Shown here: positions 11,463 through 22,944 of the stretch, piece by piece
How the letters are laid out: every line of letters starts with the position of its first letter
Position numbering within the stretch: the first letter of the stretch is position 1
Assembly: GCF_964204645.1 (NCBI RefSeq)
Contig: NC_134026.1
Span: 9,323,950 to 9,387,949, forward strand
Direction of reading: 5' to 3'
Length of the DNA: 64,000 bases
Origin: Tubulanus polymorphus
Taxonomy: Eukaryota; Animalia; Nemertea
Made by a program: the position numbers and the translations under genes
The notes under the pieces: model-generated
Database searches by the model: none
What the model saw: only the letters and a program-made list of their open reading frames with translations
Told to the model about the DNA's origin: nothing

Positions 11463-14105
11463 TCAAGGTCTCGACAACAACGAGAGATAGAGTAAATTGA
11501 TGCCCCTCTGGGGTACCAATGGATTCGGAACACTAGGTGGCGAAGGAATCTGTGGGGATATTGCCGGAATGTTCCTATTAGTGGCAGCTTCGTGAGCCGC
11601 CACCTCGGCCTCCCAGTCACTATCATCGTTCCTGCGGAGCCTTCCAAGGCTTCGTGCCTTTTTCGCGGCCGGATCCCTCAGGAAATCCGCAATGCCTTTG
11701 ACAGGAATCCTCGCTCCATTAAATTCTATCCAGACGAACTGGCAAAAATCATCCGCTAGGATCCTCCTTACTGAACTAAATCTAAGCCACGGAATTGTGA
11801 CCTTCGAAGGCAAATCCATCACCTTCTGGTCATCTACCATAACCTCGCTGTACATCGTTAACCTAAGTAATAGCGAAAAAGGACCATACAACCCAACTAT
11901 TTCTGGATCTGGCAACATAAGACAAGAGTATTCGATTTCCGTCGGATGATATGGACAATCGCCCAACGGTATCATAACCGACTCATTAACATTACAAATT
12001 TCTAGATAAATAACACAATGTAATTCAGTTCGGTCAATACTACTCCACGGAGAGCAACATTTCAGGATCGCGCGAATCAAACGAACGATATCCATGATCA
12101 ATACCCGTACAACCAAAAAGGAACCAAAGAAAATATGACTTCCAACATGAGAATATTTGAAAGGTCAAACCGTTCAGTTACAACTTTAACCAAAACCGTT
12201 TCGTTGGTACCCTTGTCAAGGGAATCTAGCGTTAGTTCATACGATTCATTCGAGACGACGGTAAACGCCTTCGCTAGAGGCAATGAAGTCGCAACCGCCA
12301 TCATCCCCAAAACCTTCCTTGTTTTAGTGAAGATAAAAAGACACAATAGCATGTTAGCCGAAGACAGAGCGATGGCTACAATATTTAGGACACCTGGCGT
12401 ATCGGAAATGGTCCATTCAAAGTCATCGCGAGACTCGTCTGACTCTGAAGCCAAGGCATCCGCCTTCGATGCATACATAGCGGTGTCATTCTTAATGTGA
12501 TTTACCATCCTTTTAAAATCCAAAGAAAACTCTTTATCCTTATCAACTAGACCCGACCAGTTAGCCATGTTTAACTTAAAATGAGGGAGTTCCGTTTTTA
12601 TGGGATCTGTAACCGTAGTCCCCCCAAAAATATTGTTCAACTGTTCGTGGTTATAAATTTGCGATACTACTGGGAGATTCATGATATAATATTTAACAGG
12701 TGCCACATCACCCGCACTTCGTTGGCTAAGTTCAAAAGTGTTAGATGATAATCGGCACTTGCACGGCACTGATAAAAAACAAAACAGACAACTTTTTATT
12801 GCTTGGACTGGTTTCCCTGGACAGGTCCAATCCCATGTTGCTGGCTTCCCCAACATCAAGTATAAACTATCTTTAACCTGCACTGCGCCCTCAAACAATG
12901 CAGACGTCGGCTCGTACCTGATATCACACAATCGCGATACCAACTTAGGCTCGTCCCTATAAATTGCCAATGCGCAACTGGGAATATTTCGCGACTTCAT
13001 CGACATTGCAGTCGAGCAAATTTCAAATATTTGCCTGAGCATGAAGAATAGAATTTGGACGATAGCTCAGTATAAAACTGGCCATCGTCAGTTATACCAA
13101 AATAATCAGGTAACCCAGTTAACAACGTACTGCGAGTCGACGAGGAATTGCATGGTACAGGAAAAGCCATCACGTTGTATAAGCCGAAGAAGGCGTTGGT
13201 CGCGGATTAAGGAATATTGATGGTAATATATAAATTGATATTTGTTTTCGTGAAAACAATATCCTGTACCTGATAATAAAACCCTAGCTCGTTATGCTGG
13301 ATGGTGAAATCAACAAATTTGGCCTGTAACTCTTCTCGCACGTGTTGCAAGACCCTTTGTAAATCTTTCGGGGATACAAACTTCATGGGTAGATAGCCCT
13401 CTAAAAGAATCTGAGTTGCTAAAAGCCATTGTTGCGTTGTTCGTGTTAAATCGATCATGGATTGATAGTCAAGCATTTGCTTGATAGCTAGTAAAATTAA
13501 TCAATTGTAATATCCTTGGTTTTGAAAATTAACAACATCTTTTGCCAACTGGTCCATATTTCTAGAATTATTCTTTACCCCTTGACGACGTTGGCTATGC
13601 GAGCATGCGCAGACGACATATACGAAGTCAGGTCGTATTTAACCTTGCCATATTCTCCACGTCAGTGACGTGCTTCGAAAGCTTTGCGAGATCCTCATCG
13701 GTCGCTAAGCCAAAGAGGTTTTTCATAAACTTCCCCATAAACGGGGCCAAAGCTCTCTTCGGGCGTTTCAACTTGGCTATCTCGGCTTTAGTTATAGTTA
13801 CCGGAATGAGATCTTTGATCGTATCAATATCTTTGACTATCTGACCAATCAATTCGTTATGGTAATCCCTCATAGAGGACATCAAATTGGTACCGACCTT
13901 ACAAAGTTTATCCCCGCCTTTATGAAAATCACAGTCCAGAATTAAGGCTTTATATTTCGGCAAAAGGGGACTACAAAAGTGTGCTTCCACGTGCTCGCAC
14001 CATTGTCTACCACGCCGATTTTTTGAAGTAACACGCCATATCCTGGGAGTATTACGGTTTCGGTCGCTAACGATCCCTGGATAAAAATCATAACTAGTGT
14101 TGTCC
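11463..14105 (-). pseudogene. env: Envelope polyprotein: F-type class I fusion protein plus second membrane protein, frameshifted
   Basis: Pieces 13942..14124, 13628..14137, 13207..13476, 12098..13042 and 11463..12116 join up. They give a signal peptide, RPKR|ALAPFMGKFMKNLFGLA (furin site and fusion peptide), a Cys-rich region, TM, SLPLAKA|F, a second TM and a cytoplasmic domain. Colinear with the env at 20428-22944. Confidence 0.85.
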
Positions 14106-14155
14106 CTGAAAAAGTATAGGACACATTGTGAGTACAACGTAATTAGGAAATGGAA

Positions 14156-15215
14156 CTACTTCCGTCGTTTGTCCTTCTTTTGCCTCCGAAGTATCTCCAA
14201 GGACGTTTAATCAATAAAACTATCTTCGAACCCCCATGTGCTATCTTTCATGCCATAACCCTTCCATTTGGCTAGGAATTGTTCATTTCCCCCCTTATCA
14301 AAACACGATTTCAAGATCTCTTCTACTGTATGAATATCATCTTCATCTTCCAAATTATCCCCTGAATCATCGGAATCGGATTGATTTCCTTCATCCGCTT
14401 CGGGGTCAGGTAAAATTCTTTCCTATCTGATGGTAAATCGATTGGTCTGTCCCTTGATTCGATTACAATGAACTATTTTCGGAATGTCGTTACTCTTTCT
14501 CGTATGAACGAGATAATTCACTGGCGAAGTCTGCTGTAATATTTTATAAGGTCCCAAATAGTGGTGCACAAACTTCTTACAATGCCCTTTTGGGACAAAA
14601 GGGTTGTAAAGCCAAACTGATTGACCGACATGGAAATCCGGTTCCTTACTACCCCGATCATAGCCTTTCATACGTGCTTGCGCTTTATTGATATTCTGTC
14701 TAGCTATCTCGTGAACGACCTTGATCTTACTCACAACATCCTCATAATATTCTTTATCGGAACCTGTCAAATCGGGTGTATTAGAGAGCAAGGTCACATC
14801 GATCGGCAAAACTGCCTTCCTGCCATGAATCAATTCAAACGGCGAATACCCAGTGGATTCGCAAATAGACGCGTTATGAGCGAACGTGATGCTTGGAAGG
14901 AAATCTGGCCAATCTCTATGATGTTTGTATATTGAGACAGACTGTTACAGATATTTTTGTTGCCTCGCTCAACTAAACCATCCGCTTGGGGATGATATGC
15001 AGACGTTCTGATTTTAGACGCATTGCATAATTTGCATAATTCGTGTATCAATTTCGCGTTGAAATTCGCGCCTTGATCTGTTAAAAAGTTTTAAAACACG
15101 AATGTACGCAAACTATTTTATCAAGTATGACTCGAGCGATTGTGATAGCGTCGATTTCTTTTAATGCAAATGTGTGTGTCCATTTGGTTAAATATTCAGT
15201 GCACACTAATGTTAT
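14156..15215 (-). pseudogene. pol: Integrase core plus C-terminal chromodomain, frameshifted
   Basis: EYLTKW...TDQGANF...TSAYHPQADGLVERGNK (DDE core); LGPYKI; then HTVEEILKSCFDKG-NEQFLAKWKGYGMKDSTWGFEDSF (chromodomain, manual translation ~14215-14335). Confidence 0.9.
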
Positions 15216-15467
15216 TATTCGTCCAAACACATAAAGTTGCCAAATTTATGCGAAACCCTCTCAATAGTATCAATTTATCAAGTGTTTTGAAAAAAGTAAA
15301 AGATATTATATCACTTCATTAATCTAGTTTATCAAATCAGATCATAATATGTAATCACTTTCACTGATTTTGTAGTTGTATGTATGTGTAAATGTCTTTA
15401 CTAACTGTATCCGCTTATATTTATATTTGTATTTGTCATACGAGAATATTCTCTGACAATAAAGATA

Positions 15468-15512
<45 letters not shown>

Positions 15513-15520
15513 CATTATTA
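15468..15520. repeat. (ATT)n microsatellite
   Basis: Direct reading. It explains the poly-I and poly-L ORFs. Confidence 0.95.
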
Positions 15521-16419
15521 CTAATGTATACTGGTACTCATCGTATGATTTCTTCAAGGGCCCTGATATATCCAAAGCGTTCTTCAATATTGTATGATAG
15601 ACCGGAGGAGACGGCAAAATATCCGGTGTATCCACAGAAAATTGTTCTACGCACACGACGAAATTAAAATCAAATAACAAGTATTGTTCAATATTTACCA
15701 AAATCTATTGTGTCCGTGTATTTCTCGAGTTCCTATTTCCAGTGGAGTTCCGATTTCCAGTGAAGTTCTGACTACCAGTGCTGTTCCAATGACTTTCCGT
15801 TGTTTGTTTGTTTTTTTTTATGAGCGTATTTAATATATAGTTCGATCTCACTCAAGTAAAATGCCCGCCAGGTTCTCCACCATTTGTCACCAACGGTATC
15901 TTTCTTTTAATTTCGCTTGAGTAGTGAAAATACCACAAAACGTCCAAGAAAAAAAAACATGTCACAGCACACAGAGTTCCTGTCTTCAGTAGTACTTTAT
16001 TCAGCGAACTGATCTCAACGATCTAGATGGTTACAGCGGTCTCCCTCAACCGTCCAAGACAACTAGTATATATAGTTCACTTCTTAATTATCTAATCAAT
16101 TAACCCATTACCAAAACAGTAAAAATTGTCGTTAGCTCAACCTGCGTTGTCGTTAGCTCAACCTGCGTTGGACGAAAAACCATTCAATCTAAAGTGACGT
16201 GACGAAAAACTTGACATTTTCTCATTAATGTCTGTCTATATACGTGACATTTTCTCATTAAATTCTGACATAAAGTTTGAATTATGGTTTGCCACAACAG
16301 TGTTGTTGATCCCAAAATCCGATATTTTCACATTAATTTATGTCACAAAGTTTGAGTTATCTTTTGCAGCAGCAGTTCTATTTATGAATCGAACTGCTGT
16401 TGAAAATCAATAACATAAA

Positions 16420-16820
16420 TCAATAATACCGCTGTCCACAAAACCGAAAAAAGGTAAATCCTTCCATGTATTGTTTGTAGGATATACCGCACGAGCCGTA
16501 CTCGAGGTTCCAATTATTTAAACTTTGCAACAGCGCGTAATACCCTTCGATGTATCCTTCTGTGGCGGTTAAATCCAATACAAACGGTTCGAGCGGAACC
16601 GATTGGCCGTTTTGCTTCAAGGCGACGTTATTGATTAGGAAATTATCGAAATCGAAAGGGTTCGGGGTTCGTGTGTTTATTCCCGTTGAGCGCATCCATT
16701 TAAACCACGCCATGATGATTCGATTCGGCAAAGTTCCGCTCACCAGATTCGGCTCGGATATATCAGCACGGTTTCCATCTCTCGTGAGAAATATGTGATT
16801 TAGATTTTTACCGGAACGAA
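16420..16820 (-). pseudogene. Polinton/Maverick (adintovirus-like) double-jelly-roll major capsid protein, C-terminal fragment
   Basis: NLVSGTLPNRIIMA...NPFDFDNFLINNVALKQNGQSVPLEPF.LD....GYIEGYYALL...GISYKQYMEGFTFFRF matches the remembered Polinton MCP pattern 'G.LP.R.....AF.G...NPF.F....I.L..NG...P..P...Y..L...GI....Y..G.T.F.FD'. An alternative frame restores MDALNGNKHTNP. Confidence 0.8.
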
Positions 16821-16953
16821 CCTTAATCGAAGTTCCAGCGCGGTGGTTAGTTTGCGGCCCACCGGGATCTGGTAAATCACATTTCAAAACTAAATTGTCA
16901 CGCGAGAGGGAACGATTGTTTTCGGAAAAATTTGATTATATCGTCTATTGTAA
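16821..16953 (+). pseudogene. Polinton-type A32/IVa2-like packaging ATPase, N-terminal fragment
   Basis: Reading in frame upstream of ORF 16895 gives LIEVPARWLVCGPPGSGKSHFKTKLSRERERLFSEKFDYIVYC. Walker A is at 16856-16879, followed by the 'F....F..I.YC' motif typical of Polinton ATPases. A second, internally deleted copy (MTEAFNALIEVSA/MFSEKFDYIVFC) lies on the minus strand at 16980-17058. Confidence 0.8.
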
Positions 16954-17017
16954 AAATTTGATTATGTCGTTTATTGTTACTAACAAAAGACGATATAATC
17001 AAATTTTTCCGAAAACA
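16917..17017. repeat. Perfect 30-bp inverted repeat (fold-back junction)
   Basis: TGTTTTCGGAAAAATTTGATTATATCGTCT (16917-16946) versus its exact reverse complement at 16988-17017. The outer arms 16821-16840 and 17020-17039 match at 19/20. Confidence 0.9.
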
Positions 17018-18004
17018 TTCGCTGAAACTTCGATTAAGGCGTTGAAAGCTTCCGTCATCGTTTCGTATTTTCACTCAATTGGTCCGCGTCGACGACTCAC
17101 TCGTCGAAATAACTCGGCTACTCGCAGTAATGTACGAAATATTCCATCTTTTTATTCGCTTTCTTCCGTTTCAAAATATCGATTTGGTAGGTTTTTTCGG
17201 CGGTCGGTTTTGCGACGGCTTGTAATTCCGTTCAGTAGAAAGATCCTTCGATAAGTTCTCCGTCGAGACATTTGTAACGCGATACGTTATAGGTAGCGTC
17301 GCTCTTCGGTAGGCGATTTCGAATAGTTCTTCCGTCCGAGAAGGAAGGTAGGATTTTTCGAAAGTAATAATACATGTTTTCCATTTCATTTTTCTTTCAG
17401 ACGCTATCAAAGAAAAAACTAATAGGTGCAAGTATAAAGTTTCATTAGTCTATCACATGGGCTTTTTAGGTTTGAATACGAACAATTCTATTTCTTTTAG
17501 GTACATAAAAAAAGGAATATGCAAAACACATAGACATTATCATAGTTCAATTCTTCATGGGTGGAGAAATTTACTTGAACCAAGTAATTTACAAGACATT
17601 CGTAAAGGGAGGAGAAACCGATTAGACTATAAGAAATACGTCGAGGTATTCACTAATGGTAAGATAAATTGGTTTAGATTACGTTACACGTAAAATCTGT
17701 GGGTAGCTAACATATCGCGTTTGTAGGAATATATCAATCGTTGTCCGTCTGAGAAGAAACATTCGCTACTGGTGTTCACGCAATAAACCTTTTTACAGTT
17801 TCCAGGCGCCATTTTTTGGGTACCCGCCGGGTCCGCATTGTTGAATTTTTCGTCCTTATTCCTATTTAATATTTTTATTTCGTTCGTATCTCTGGATTGG
17901 ATAAAGATAGAAACAAAGTGAAAATATCGATGGACTCAGATGATAATTAGTTTTTTTTATTATATTACTCAATCATAAAGTTAATGCAACAATGAGCGCT
18001 CATT

Positions 18005-20293
18005 CAAAAGTTCTAGGATATCTAGTAACCGAATCGGGGCTACTTCCATGTGGCGAAAAGATAGATAAAGTTAAGAAGAATTGTGCGGTTCCCGAGAACC
18101 TTAAAACATTGAGGGGATTCTTGGGGTTAACAGGGTTTTACAGATCGTTCATCAAGGATTATGCAATTATATCTAAACCCTTTACTGCACTTTTGCAGAA
18201 AGATATCAAATATGTGTGGTCAAACGAGTGTCAAACGGCTTTTTAAACGCTAAAGGCTGCTCTTCAACCTCCGCCCATTCTCAAGTTCCCAGACTTTGAC
18301 GAACCATTTATTCTCCAAACTGATGCAAGTAATCTCGCATGTGGTATGATGTTGAGTCGGTGAGGATGGAAAGGAACACCCAATCGAGTACGCCTCAAAA
18401 CAGTTTAATAAAGCAGAATTGAATTACAACACCACACGCAAAGAATTGGCTGGTATATTATATGGAGTTCGTCATTTTAGACCATTCTTATACGGTCGAC
18501 AATTCATTATACAAACTGACCACATAAGTTTATCGTTTCTACAGAGGATGAAGAATCCTACTCCACAACTGTTGCGTATACTTGATGAATTATCCGAGTA
18601 TGATTTTCAAATTAGACATAAATCTGGTCGCATTCATGGAAATGCCGATGGTTTTAAGTAGAATGAAGTTTGACGATCCTATAGATGATTTGGCCGTCGT
18701 ATCTGAAGTAGATGTGGATTCGGTTCTCAAAGAACAAATGGAAGACAGACATTCAGCTGACATCATTAACTATTTGACTAGCGGTATATTACCGATTGAT
18801 AATAAGGACGACGCGAGAACTGTTCTACTGTCGGCCGATCAATATACACTGAATGATAAGGGGGTATTGTATCATATCCCAAGGCCCGCTAAGAACCTGA
18901 ATGGCGATTACTTCCTACAGCTTGTTGTCCCAGAGTCACTTAAATTAGACATTCTGAAATTCATGCATGATGAGCTAATTCAGGTCATTTCGGAATTCCT
19001 AAAACTTACTCAAGAATATATCAAAATAATTATTGGAAGAATATGTATAGGGATGTCAAACACTTTGTTAATAGTTGCCCTGCTTGCAATCAACGTAAGA
19101 AACCTAGTAAACCTGCACGTGCTCCAGTCCAGCCTCAGGATATCCCTGATGGACCATTTGTAAAAATTTCTGTTGATTGCGTTGGACCAATTACTAAGTC
19201 CGAAAATGGTATGACGCAAATTGTAGTTTTTGTTTGTAACTTCACACGATACTGTGAGTCATTTGCTTTCCCGGATATCACAGCACCTACGATAGCCAGG
19301 GTCATGTATGACCAAATTGTTCTCAGATATGGCTTCCCGCGTGAATTATTAAGTGACCGGGGAAGCAATTTTCTTAGTGAAATGGTCGAAGAAATTTTGA
19401 AGCGAGCAAAAATTAAACATAAAAGAACTGCGTCATTTAACCCAAAATGCAATGGCCTGTGTGAAGTGACAAACAAGTCTATAAAAACGCTCCTTTCCAT
19501 GATGATTTCTGAGAAACAAACCGATTGGACAAAATATCTAAGGGCCGCGGTATTTGAATATAGTACTAGTCCAATGAAATCGATTGCCAATTTCAGTCCA
19601 TTGTATCTGATGTTCCTTAGACATCCCAACACTCCGTCGGATAATGCATTATTGGAGCCAACTATAAACCCTGATAATTTGAATGAACACGTGCGTTTAG
19701 CTCAGAACAAATTAGAATACGTGTATAAGGTTGCTAGAGATGCACTAGGGAATGCACAATCCGATTTTAAGAAACAGTATGACAAAAAGGCCTCTGCACC
19801 TGACTATAGGGTTGGTGATCATTGTTGGGTCTTTTTCCCAAACTTTAGAAAGGGTCTTACTAGGAAATCACAGAAATGATTACGGGGTCCTTTTCAAGTT
19901 ACTAATATAATAGGGCCTTCAACGTATAAGCTTGAATGTGCTAAGACAGGTAAATACATGAAAAGTCCCGTAGCTGCGGATCGTCTGAAGCCATTTATAC
20001 ACCGTGACGATCTACCCATTGGCACTCAGCCTGACGATCATGGTGATCCCCTGGATCACGATCTTGCGACTACCGATGACGATTTAGTCGGTATACCAGA
20101 TGATGTTTATATCATTAAGGAAATACTAGGCGATAAAATTATCAATGGGAAGCGTTACTTTAAAATATGGTGGGAAGGCTATACTAGACAAGAAGCTACA
20201 TTTGAACCCGATGAAAACATCTTGAATCCTAAATTGATTGAGGACTATTTGAAGTCGAAGAAAAAAGTAAAGAAAAATTTGGGGGTTAATTAG
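18005..20293 (+). pseudogene. pol: pol (RT thumb, RNase H, integrase, chromodomain) with one stop and about 4 frameshifts
   Basis: LRGFLGLTGFYRSFIKDYA (RT); FILQTDAS, NYNTTRKELAG, TDH (RNase H); CPAC zinc motif; SVDCVGP / SDRGSNF / GLCEVTNK (D,D,E); GPF; VYIIKEILGDKIINGKRYFKIWWEGYTRQEATFEPDENI (chromodomain). Confidence 0.95.
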
Positions 20294-20304
20294 TGAGAGG
20301 TTGA

Positions 20305-20330
20305 AAGAGTTTTGTTTTCATTCTTTTAGG
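20305..20330 (+). promoter_or_regulatory. Putative splice acceptor for subgenomic env mRNA
   Basis: TTTTGTTTTCATTCTTTTAG|G (AG at 20328-20329) lies between the pol stop and the env signal-peptide region. Element 1 has an equivalent TACTTTTTCAG|G (AG at 14107-14106, minus). Confidence 0.65.
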
Positions 20331-20336
20331 TCAAAT

Positions 20337-22944
20337 ATGAAGGTTCAAATGTTACTCGTTGGTATGGTGTAGCAGTTATGATGTACCAGACAGGCGCATC
20401 CTCTAATTCAGTCGTAATGTCGTCGGGGTGGTTTTTAATAAGTTGACTGCAATTTTGAACGGGGTATCCAAGTACAGGCACACGTTTTGTATTCCGTGGC
20501 CCAAGTTTGATTTAGATAAAATAGCCGAATTACCCTGTCCTCGTCAGACTCTAAACTCACCCTATGATGGCTGCGATATGTTGAACGTTGTTATACGGAA
20601 GTTGAACCTGCAGATTGGCAAAACTCGAAAAGAACTTAACGCGAACCTCGATATCATAAAATCCCTGATACCCGTTAAGGCTAATAATTGGCGGAAACGT
20701 GCTTTAGGATTTTTTGGCAGTATTGCTAAATCACTTTTTGGCTCGGCTTCCGATGATGAGGTTCAAGCCTTGAAACAGCGTGTAGAGAAGATGGAATCAG
20801 GTTTAATAGGGATGACGGATCAGATTGTCCAGCAAGGGAAAACTTTAAATTCATTTATGAATACAACGAACAAAAGAATTGAAAATGCAATGGATGGGAT
20901 CAAACAGAATCATAATTTATTACAACAGTTCGCGGACACTTATAAGCGACAGACAGCTATCTTTCGTGGTTCTCAAAAAACTTTTACTGATAAATTATCT
21001 AGGCTTAATATATCCGTTTCTTCTTTGTCTGTTCTCATGGACAATATGGTAGATTATCAATATCGATTAGGAATAGTAGTTCGACACTCCGATGAACTGT
21101 TACAGGCAACGCAACTTCTTTTAGACGGGTTCCTGCCCATAACGATGGTGGGTCCCGAGAAAATTAAAACGGTGGTGAACCACGTTGAGAATCTTTTGAG
21201 TGATCGCTATCCGAGGTTTAAGGTCACCCATAATCACCCTAGTTTTTACTATCAAATGCGTGACATCGCTTTTACACAAACCGATCAATATCTATACGTT
21301 ACAATTGCGGTTCCGATATACAGCATAGCTGGGTTCATGGACGTTTATCACATCGATGCCTTATCAGTTCCATCTAATGCTACAAGTGCTAATACTACGA
21401 AGATTGTAGGGCTACCTCAGTACATAGCGATTACTAAGGACAGCGAGTATTATACTGAGTTTGATAGTGATTTTTCATTGTCATGCACAGGACGGGACCT
21501 TAAGTTCTGTTCGACGACTAGGTCCCTTAATTCTAGAAACAAATTATCATGCGCCTCTGCCCTTTTCTGGGATCAGCCGGACGAAGCGATGAAGCGATGT
21601 GACATTCGCTATGACGAGGCATTGCTATTTGAGGGCAGCTACGAATTGGCTGATGTTCGTTACCTTCTTTCTTCGGACGATCCGGTCTGGACGATGTATT
21701 GCTTTGACAGGCAGGTTAAATCTATCACCGGCTGTAAGCTATGTGTGATGACTGTACCATGTTTTTGCTCGATAATTGCTTCGACGTTTAGGATTCCTTA
21801 CAAATTGACTGGTTGTCAACTTGGAAAGGTTGACAATACAGTACTTCACGTAGTTAACCTGTCCGTCTTACATTCATTGTTTTCAGACAAGGCCGCTCTG
21901 AGGAAGATCCGTGGGAATGAATTAGCTACGGCTCCTTTAGTTCAATTACCAGAGTTTAAATTAGCGAAAGGGGATTGGGACTCGGTAGCAAGTAAAGAAG
22001 CGGCATATTCCACGGATCTTAAGAAGTTGACGAAAGCCCATAAAGAAAATGTCCAGCTGTTTGCTTCGAAAGCTGAAGCCCTAAAGCAGGACCTAGCCTC
22101 GGATAACATCCATAGCTACCTGTTGTCATCGCCGACGTCACTTGGTATCTTATAAGTGCCTACCATTCTCAGCGTAATTGCTATAGCCCTATCTTTATAT
22201 ATGTTCTTAACTGCGCAGTTTAACCCAGCGTCATTATTTCCGGCCGCAGCGCTTCTTGCGTCCCAAAATGTTCCTTTGGTGGGGTCAACCATTGTCCAGT
22301 CAAATAAGACTCTCACGTTTGTTGACTCCGTTAAAAGTGTACAAGATTCTCTTGGAAATGTAGAGTACGATATCTCGCTGGATACTTTTATGCTTGTAGC
22401 CGTACTGTATTGTTTAGCCCATTATATTTATGACGATGTCCGATACCTTATTCATTTAATTCGCGGTTCAAGATGCGGAGTTAATCGCTGCCATTCTCAG
22501 GTCGCGGTAGAAATTTCGAATGGGATGTCTTGCATCTTGTTGCCGTTGTTAGATATTTCAGCGTGTCCTGGAGAGGTACTGCTTTTAGGATCGCCGACTC
22601 TCCGTGGGGTTAATTGTTCTTCCCGATACCTTAAGCTGTACATTCACCTTAATTGGGTTTCAGATCTAAAGCTTATTTTCGGTAATGTTGAAATTCTAGT
22701 GCCCGATAAGGTTCGCATCAAGCCATCTGTATATAGGCAGGTTAACCAAATCATGAAGTCGAAGATTTCCTTACGACTGTACCTTAAGCATCATGACCTC
22801 TTGACGCCTATCATTGCTAAGCTCGAAGATGATCCCACTGTTCTGGTCCTTGATTCTGGTGGTCGGGGCAGTAAGAGTGATGGGTTCACTCCACTTTTGA
22901 GGGAAAATAGTATCTACCCTCCCTTGCCGAGCTACCAGCCATAA
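20337..22944 (+). CDS. env: Envelope polyprotein (F-type class I fusogen plus second membrane protein); signal peptide disrupted, one in-frame TAA at 22153-22155
   Basis: ORFs 20428..22155 and 22156..22944 are in the same frame. Features: WRKR|ALGFFGSIAKSLFGSA, heptad-like helix, Cys-rich region, TM (ILSVIAIALSLYMFL), internal signal-like segment, second TM, and a C-terminal IYPPLPSY. Confidence 0.85.

Larger units (their letters stand above)
10790..15215 (-). mobile_element. 5'-truncated env-bearing chromodomain Ty3/Gypsy element (element 1), degenerate
   Basis: Order on the minus strand is integrase core, GPY, acidic linker, chromodomain, env, T-rich 3' UTR. Many frameshifts. No LTR was found at the 3' side. 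Confidence 0.85.

Noticed and set aside
15342-15701. ORFs with poly-Ile / poly-Leu 'transmembrane' stretch
   Set aside because: Produced by an (ATT)n microsatellite.
16895-17254. 119-aa plus-strand ORF as a real gene
   Set aside because: Only the first ~20 codons are ATPase-derived; the rest crosses the inversion into antisense sequence.
19135-19632. 165-aa minus ORF (and the similar 12135..12500 plus ORF)
   Set aside because: Antisense shadows of integrase and env.
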